This document shows positions 58,220 through 64,000 of a stretch of DNA of 64,000 nt, one piece after another. This stretch comes from Takakia lepidozioides (Eukaryota; Plantae; Bryophyta). Numbering within the stretch: the first letter of the stretch is position 1; each line of letters opens with the position of its first letter. The notes under the pieces are model-generated. The model saw only the letters and a program-made list of their open reading frames with translations, was not told where the DNA came from and ran no database searches. The position numbers and the translations under genes are program-made. The DNA is taken from NCBI GenBank assembly GCA_030704615.1, contig CM060733.1:55428001-55492000 (forward strand), read 5' to 3'.

Positions 58220-58815
58220 CAGAAGTAATACCAATCACTGGTGTGTATGTAATCACTAACGCGTAACCACTGGCCGAGTGGTTCCAGTTACTAAATGGTA
58301 TGTAACCACTCACTCTACACCACTCTCAAAGTGGTACCAATCAATGGGGTCTTTAACCACTCCAGATCTACGTATACTGTCCCCGTCCACGTGGAATAAT
58401 ATAGTTCATAATTAAATATATTTTGAAATGATAAATCTTAAATAAAAATTGAATTATTACACGTGGAGTAGCAAGTGGTTTCAATCACCTCCCATCACTC
58501 AAGTGTCTTCAACCACTCACAACCCACCCCAGAAGTAGTACCAATCACTCACGTGTATGTAACCACTCACAAGTGCCCACTTGAAGAGTGGTTCCATTTA
58601 CAAAAGGGTCTTAACCACTCACATTCCACCACTGTGCAAGTGGTACCAATCATTGGGGGGTCTTTAACCACTCCAGATCTACGTATATTATCCTCGTCCA
58701 CGTGGAATAATATATTTTGAAATGATAAAAATCTTTAAAAAAAAATATATTACACGTGGAGTAGAAAGTGGTTTCAACCACTTCCCATCATTGAGGTGTC
58801 TTTAACCACTCATAA
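58220..58815. repeat. ~310-bp tandem duplication in the CACTA right subterminal region
   Basis: AGAAGTA.TACCAATCACT...TTAACCACTCCAGATCTACGTATA...GTCCACGTGGAATAATAT...TATTACACGTGGAGTAG is present twice. Confidence 0.85.
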
Positions 58816-59879
58816 TCTATCACTGTACCCGTCTATGTCGGATATTATCATTATTAATATAAATATTTGACCAAATGTTGAATAATAAATATAAAATTAA
58901 ATATTACACGTGGATTACTCAGTGGTTGAAACCACTTCCAACCACTCCATATTTTGCCACCGTGGCATTTCATCGGAATTAACCACTGACCAGTGGTTAC
59001 ATTACTTGGAGTGATTTATAGAGTGATAAAAGACAAGAGTAGTTAAGGGGGCCAGTGATTATTCCGCGTTTTTCTTCTAGTGATGGGCTGTATATACTGT
59101 GGCTTCTTCTTCATCCGACAGTCCACTGGACCAATCATGATCATGTTTTGATCGTGAGAGTCTGACTTCCCCAATCGTGGTGTGATTGGGCTTGTGTTAA
59201 CCATGGTCGGCCAAGTAGTAGCAAATATCCTTCTGCCACATCCTCCATTCTGAGAATGGTTATTGATACTTCGTATACCAGTCCTGCTACTTCCATTGCA
59301 AGTCGTCTGATGATACCCAATGGCTGTACTTTTCGTTGATCGGCCATTCGTACCGTGAATGGAGCAGGTTCCATGTGCCCCGATCCTAGTGACTTCTTCA
59401 TCTTCTATGTTATGATATTCACTCTGGATCCTCCATCGATGAGTACATCCGTTACCAGCTTCCGTCCAATACGTACTTATATTACTGGTATTGCTTCGTC
59501 GTAGTTTGGAGTTTGTTGTATAGTTGTGGGTTTAATCGTGTAAACCTCTGGTGTTGGTTCTCGTTTTGGTGTGGGGGTCAATGCCTCGATTGCCCGAAAT
59601 AAAGTTTTCTTGCAGCGTGGAGCAATTTTTAATAATTGTCCGATGGTAATTTGGGTCTTGGTTTGGCAGATTACTTCAGCCAATTCTGTTTCCGTGGTTG
59701 CATTCGTGGTCTTCATCGTTGGTCTGAATTGATTATCTGGAGTTGGCTCTCCAGAAGGTATATGGGTTCCCTCTTGCATTTGAGCTATGGCTTTACTTAC
59801 CTCCTGGTGTAAGCTGGGGGGTGCTATTCCGTGAGCCCGGAGGCATGAGCATGAGAGCCCACTTGAAGGGGAGCTTACC

Positions 59880-60130
59880 GAAATGAGGTGGGCGACACAC
59901 AATTATAAGAAGCACTCAACGATCCTCACATTTCCCCGGATCAAAACAACCAAAGCCTGGGGCATGGCACAACCGTGCCCCCCCCAGGTAATACCGGGCG
60001 AGCTCATGGCCATCCACGACGCTCTCTCTCTACTTGACGCTTTGCCCCCCCCATACTACATCTTCACTGATAGCCTCACCTCTCTATTTCTTATTCGAAA
60101 CCACATCTTCCGCCCTTCTTCCCAACCACA
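59880..60130 (+). mobile_element. Non-LTR retrotransposon RNase H fragment
   Basis: GELMAIHDALSLLDALPPPYYIFTDSLTSL matches the ELxAI..AL...IFTDSxS pattern of LINE-type RNase H. Confidence 0.6.
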
Positions 60131-60946
60131 ACGAAGCCCTCGTCATCCACGGATGCACTCAAAGGAACACAGTGCTGGTCCGCATAGAAACAAGCTTCAA
60201 AATCCAAAGAGGAGGCCATTCATTTCTGGTAGGGACGAAGTGGCAACACACTAATATTTGAAATGGCGCGATGACATGCTAGGCACAGTGCATGTGTCTT
60301 GTCTCACAACAGTCGACTCCGTCACATTGCTGAATTATATTACATGCAAGTACATTTGATTTCATCCGGTTACATCCGATTTCGAATCGGACAAAGTGGA
60401 AATCGTGGAGAATAAGTCCATCAATGATGGCACACGATGCATTACGCCATGGCGCATGAGAAGTGGAGAATTCATTGGAACCGGATAGTTGCCGGCGCAG
60501 TTACTCCAGTCCTCCCAACTACATTGGGAGATTGGTACGAAATGTGGCGTGGCTTGTATGTCTTACAACCTCTGTCACACACTGCATTGAATGATTTTGG
60601 ACAAGTGCAATTTATTTCTCTCACACAACCAATTGCAAGGGTGTGGTTAAATCATATCATTATGTATCATTAATTGGGGGCGGCCATGGAAATCCAAAGA
60701 AAACCATTGGATTCTCAGTATCAAGGCCAATGCCGTTTCCCATTCATTGTCCGCCCTTTTACAGCCACTTCAATCAAGAAGCATTCGATTTTTCAAGAAT
60801 ATGCCGGGATTGGTTCCACAGAGGCGGCCTCCTTACTTTTGTCGTGAATGTTGGATGAACATTTGAAGAAGGATGGATGAACAATTGATGAATGGAGTTA
60901 TATGGATGAAGGAACAAAGACTCTTTTATCAATGTTGGAGCTCAAG

Positions 60947-62750
60947 TCATCCACTTGAGTCTGCAGCCCTGCATTTGGCTCCGCCGTGGCCCGCAAGCGG
61001 GCCATCGTCACATTCTCTCAAGAGACTATCCCTGATCCCTCCCTTCGGCACGTAGAGGCGCTTTTGTTTGTACTGGAGCAGTCCATTGTGCAAATGGAAC
61101 TGCGATTTAACCCCCATCCTCAAGTCTCGCATCACGAACTTCGTCATCTTATCCTTCCGATAAGCCTTCCGGATCTTTCTTTGGAGTGTTGTCTCGCCCC
61201 TGTACACCAACATGAGCTGCTGCTTTCTACCTAAAGCATCGGCCACCACATTGTCTCGTCCCGGTTTGTACTGGATATCCACGTCAAACACTGCCAAAGT
61301 GTCTTACCACCTAAGTTATTTTGGGGACAACTTAGGCTGCGTGGCAAAATACTTCACCGTGACATTGTCCGTGAACACTTTCACCGGGTTGGAACCAACA
61401 TAGTGGTGCCAAAGCTCAAGGCAATGCAGCACCGCCTTCATTCATTTCTCGTGCGTAGGCCACCTTCGCTCCACTTCATTCAATTTTTTACTTTCGTAAG
61501 CCACTGGACGTCCGTCCTGCATGAGCACACCCCCGATCGCGAAGTCCGACGCATCTGTATGAACCTCAAATGGACGGTCGAACTCCGGGATTTTCAGGAC
61601 TGGAGCTTCCGCCAACCGCTGCTTCAACTCGGCAAAAGCTTGGCCACAAAAGGTGTTCCATACCCATACCTTGGACTTACACAGAAAGTCCGACAACGGC
61701 CCCGCGATCTTGGCGAAATTTCTCACATATTTTTGGTAATAGGAGGCGAGTCCTAGGAAGGATCGCACTCCCAGGACCAAAGTCGGAGGCTCCCAGTCCA
61801 AGATCCCCCTCACCTTTCTGTCATCCATTTTGATCCCATCCTGTGTAATCACATGCCCTATGAACTCCACTTTTGTGACCCCGAATTCGCACTTTGAAGC
61901 TTTGGCATGCAGCTTCCCTTCCCACAATTTCTGGAACACCCTTTTGAGGTGCTCCAGGTGCTCTTCATTTCTCCTCCACGACCCACTCCTTTGCTGACAA
62001 CAGGTTTATTTGCCCTCCTACTTGGTTGGGCGTTTTCGACACTCGTAACACTTCGCCACCATTCCCACACGGTAGCGTGACTATTCTCTTGCGACCATCT
62101 ATGACCGCTCCGGATTTGCTCAAAAATGTCAACCCCAAAATGAGATCCACTCCATTGATCTCGCAAATGGTGAAGTTCTTACGTCCCTCCCAACTCCCCA
62201 GCTGAAGAGGAACATCGAACGCTCCATCATCCCTTTTATCTCTCCCGAGCATTCCCAATTGCTCAATTCTGTTGGCTATTTCGAATGTCTCCTCCACTGT
62301 ATTATGAGGTAACATATCCACTTTCTTTTGTAATTCAGGTCTTAGTCCACTCACAAACCAAGTTTTCTGTAATCCTGGTGCTGGTACTGTAGCCAGCTTT
62401 TTCATCATTAACTCCATTTTCTCCATATATTCTTCAACAGTTTCATGCTTCTTTTGCCTTAACTGTTGTAAACTCCCATACACTTCATCCTCAGTTTTGC
62501 TTGTCCTAAACTAATTTCGGAATGTTGTATTAAGGCCATTCCAGGTTAGGAAATGATTATTAGGAAACCTTGCATACCATTCACTTGCTTTCTTGATAAG
62601 TGAACAAGGAAATAGTCTCATCTTGGCATCATTGCCATTCTCATTGTTCACTATACACATGTGCTCAAATTGCCTGATATGTACATCAGGATCCCATTTT
62701 CCTGCATATATTGAAAAAGGTGGTTTTGCCCGTGTTGGAGGTACCGCCAT
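60947..62750 (-). mobile_element. Internally deleted Ty3/gypsy remnant (gag, partial protease, RT C-terminus, RNase H, start of integrase zinc finger)
   Basis: Gag DPDVHIRQFE...FPCSLIKKASEWY...LRQKKHETVEEY. Protease DLILGLTFL. RT end SKCEFGVTKVEFIGHVI and VRSFLGLASYY. RNase H FEVHTDASDFAIGGVLMQ and YKPGRDNVVADAL. Integrase start LYVPKGGIRDSLLREC..GPLAGHGG. The RT catalytic core is absent. Confidence 0.88.
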
Positions 62751-63149
62751 CTGTGGCCCTACATGAAGGCACCTTCTTCAACACATTTCACCCTGATTTT
62801 CCCTCTTGTCAGAATCGGCCTTAAATTTCCATGTTGAAGTTTGCAAGTTAGCTGGTTGAGTGAATCTGGTTTGGAGTGACTTTGACATGCTACTGCCAAT
62901 GTGATATTGTCAGCTGCTAGCAGCAAAGGAAAAGATGAATGCATGATTGTGCAGAGGCATGGATAGCTGAAGGAGAAGGGATAGAGTGGGTGAGTGTGGG
63001 TCCAGATTCATCCAAGACGGCCAGATTTCAAGCACTAAAATTACGTATGATCCCCTGTGGAACAATAGCTACAAGAAACCTACATGCGTAGATGGTCAAC
63101 TAGAGGCAATAGCTGCAGCGGCACAGTTGATAAAATCAGGCACCTCAAC

Positions 63150-64000
63150 CATGACCACAGCCTCTGGAAGAGGATCAAGAGAGGGGGTCCACAATGCCTC
63201 TTCTAGTACTTTTGGGCATGTGAAGATGCTTTGTGAGGCAGACAAAGTGAAAGAGGCTCTACAGACTTTAAACCAAGGAGGCATTTCAGCAGATTCAGAT
63301 ACGTATGTCTGTCTTGCATAAGTGCATGAAGATGAAAGGCCTTAAAGCTGGAAAGCAGGTGCACACTCACATTATCCAAAGTGAATTCACGCCAAATGTT
63401 TTTCTAGTCAACACCCTTGTCAACATGTATGTTAAGTGCGGGAGCATCATGGATGATCACCAAGTGTTCAACAGAATGTCTCAACGATCTTTGATCATGT
63501 GGAATATAATGTTGGCAGGATTTACCAAGCATGGGTGGTCAAATCCTCCATGGGTCGTGCCACAAGGTCAAGGCCAATGTGGTGAGGGCACCTTCTTCTT
63601 CTACCTATTTCAGCCTGTTTTGCCCTCTCATCAGACTCGGCCCTGAGATGCATATTGAATTGTCAAAGACAATGTGGTGAGGGCACCTTGATGTGGTGAG
63701 AAAATGATGCGCGAAGGGGTAAAGCCCAACCACATCACTTTCATTTGTGTTTGCAATGCGTGTGCAAGCCTGGGAGCCCTGGAAAAGGGGAAAGAGGTCC
63801 ATGATGACATTGTCAAAGCTGGAATTGTACCAGATGTCATTGTGAACACTATCCTAATGGACATGTATGCCAAATGTCGGTGCATTAAGGATACGAAGGG
63901 AGTTTTCAACACTGTGGCTGAACGAGATGTGGTGTCATGAAACACGATGCTTGTAGGGGTATGCACAGCAGGGACGTGGTAGGGAGGCTTTAGAGACCTG
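63150..64000 (+). pseudogene. PLS-class PPR gene, disrupted
   Basis: PPR motifs GKQVHTHIIQSEFTPNVFLVNTLVNMYVKCGS, WNIMLAGFTKHG, GVKPNHITFICVCNACASLGALEKGKEVH and NTILMDMYAKC. Frameshift near 63315, inserted sequence at ~63540-63700, and an in-frame TGA replacing Trp in DVVS*N (63938-63940). Confidence 0.82.

Larger units (their letters stand above)
54177..59082. mobile_element. Non-autonomous CACTA (En/Spm) DNA transposon, 4.9 kb
   Basis: Left TIR CACTAAAAGAAAAACGCGGAATAACCACT versus reverse complement of the right end CACTAGAAGAAAAACGCGGAATAATCACT (27/29 match). 3-bp TSD ATG (54174-54176, 59083-59085). Dense AACCACT/AGTGGT subterminal motifs at both ends. Confidence 0.93.
52020..59860 (-). 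mobile_element. Ty3/gypsy pol remnant (protease-RT-RNase H; integrase missing) interrupted by a CACTA element
   Basis: Protease DVLIDGGSRVNII and LLLGRPWL (59141-59460). RT WLSPIVIVPKKNGKLRVCVDYRKLN and FMDGFSG, with FLDDF in a shifted frame. RNase H FHVHSDASGIALGAML, NYSTTEREALAMIYA and DHLSR (52115-54176). Frameshifts and stops are present. Confidence 0.9.

Noticed and set aside
60250-60900. Possible transposase or host-gene fragment (MHYAMAHEKWRIHW...)
   Set aside because: No motif I can identify with confidence.

Overview
Eukaryotic land-plant nuclear DNA. The intron-rich genes, PLS-type PPR and Ty3/gypsy, LINE and CACTA content suggest a bryophyte- or lycophyte-like host, but the species cannot be determined from sequence alone. 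The first 44 kb is gene-dense: the 3' part of a peptide deformylase (PDF1B-like), chloroplast CSP41a, a ~30-kb BEACH-domain gene (BChB-like, with one U12-type and one GC-AG intron), and a head-to-head RLP24/RPS6 pair sharing a ~320-bp telo-box promoter. The remaining 20 kb is decayed transposon sequence: an L1-like LINE, a Ty3/gypsy element split by a 4.9-kb non-autonomous CACTA element (29-bp TIRs, ATG TSD), a second gypsy remnant, and a PPR pseudogene. The most striking feature is in a BChB intron (16173-17515). It is a tandem array of a miniature LTR retrotransposon (7 LTRs of ~145 bp, one truncated, and 5 internal domains of ~75 bp with tRNA-iMet PBS and PPT). Each complete LTR carries a tRNA-like cloverleaf with Pol III A/B boxes and a T4 tract, i.e. 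a tRNA-promoter TRIM analogous to 5S-carrying Cassandra. Coordinates were counted by hand and may be off by a few bases.
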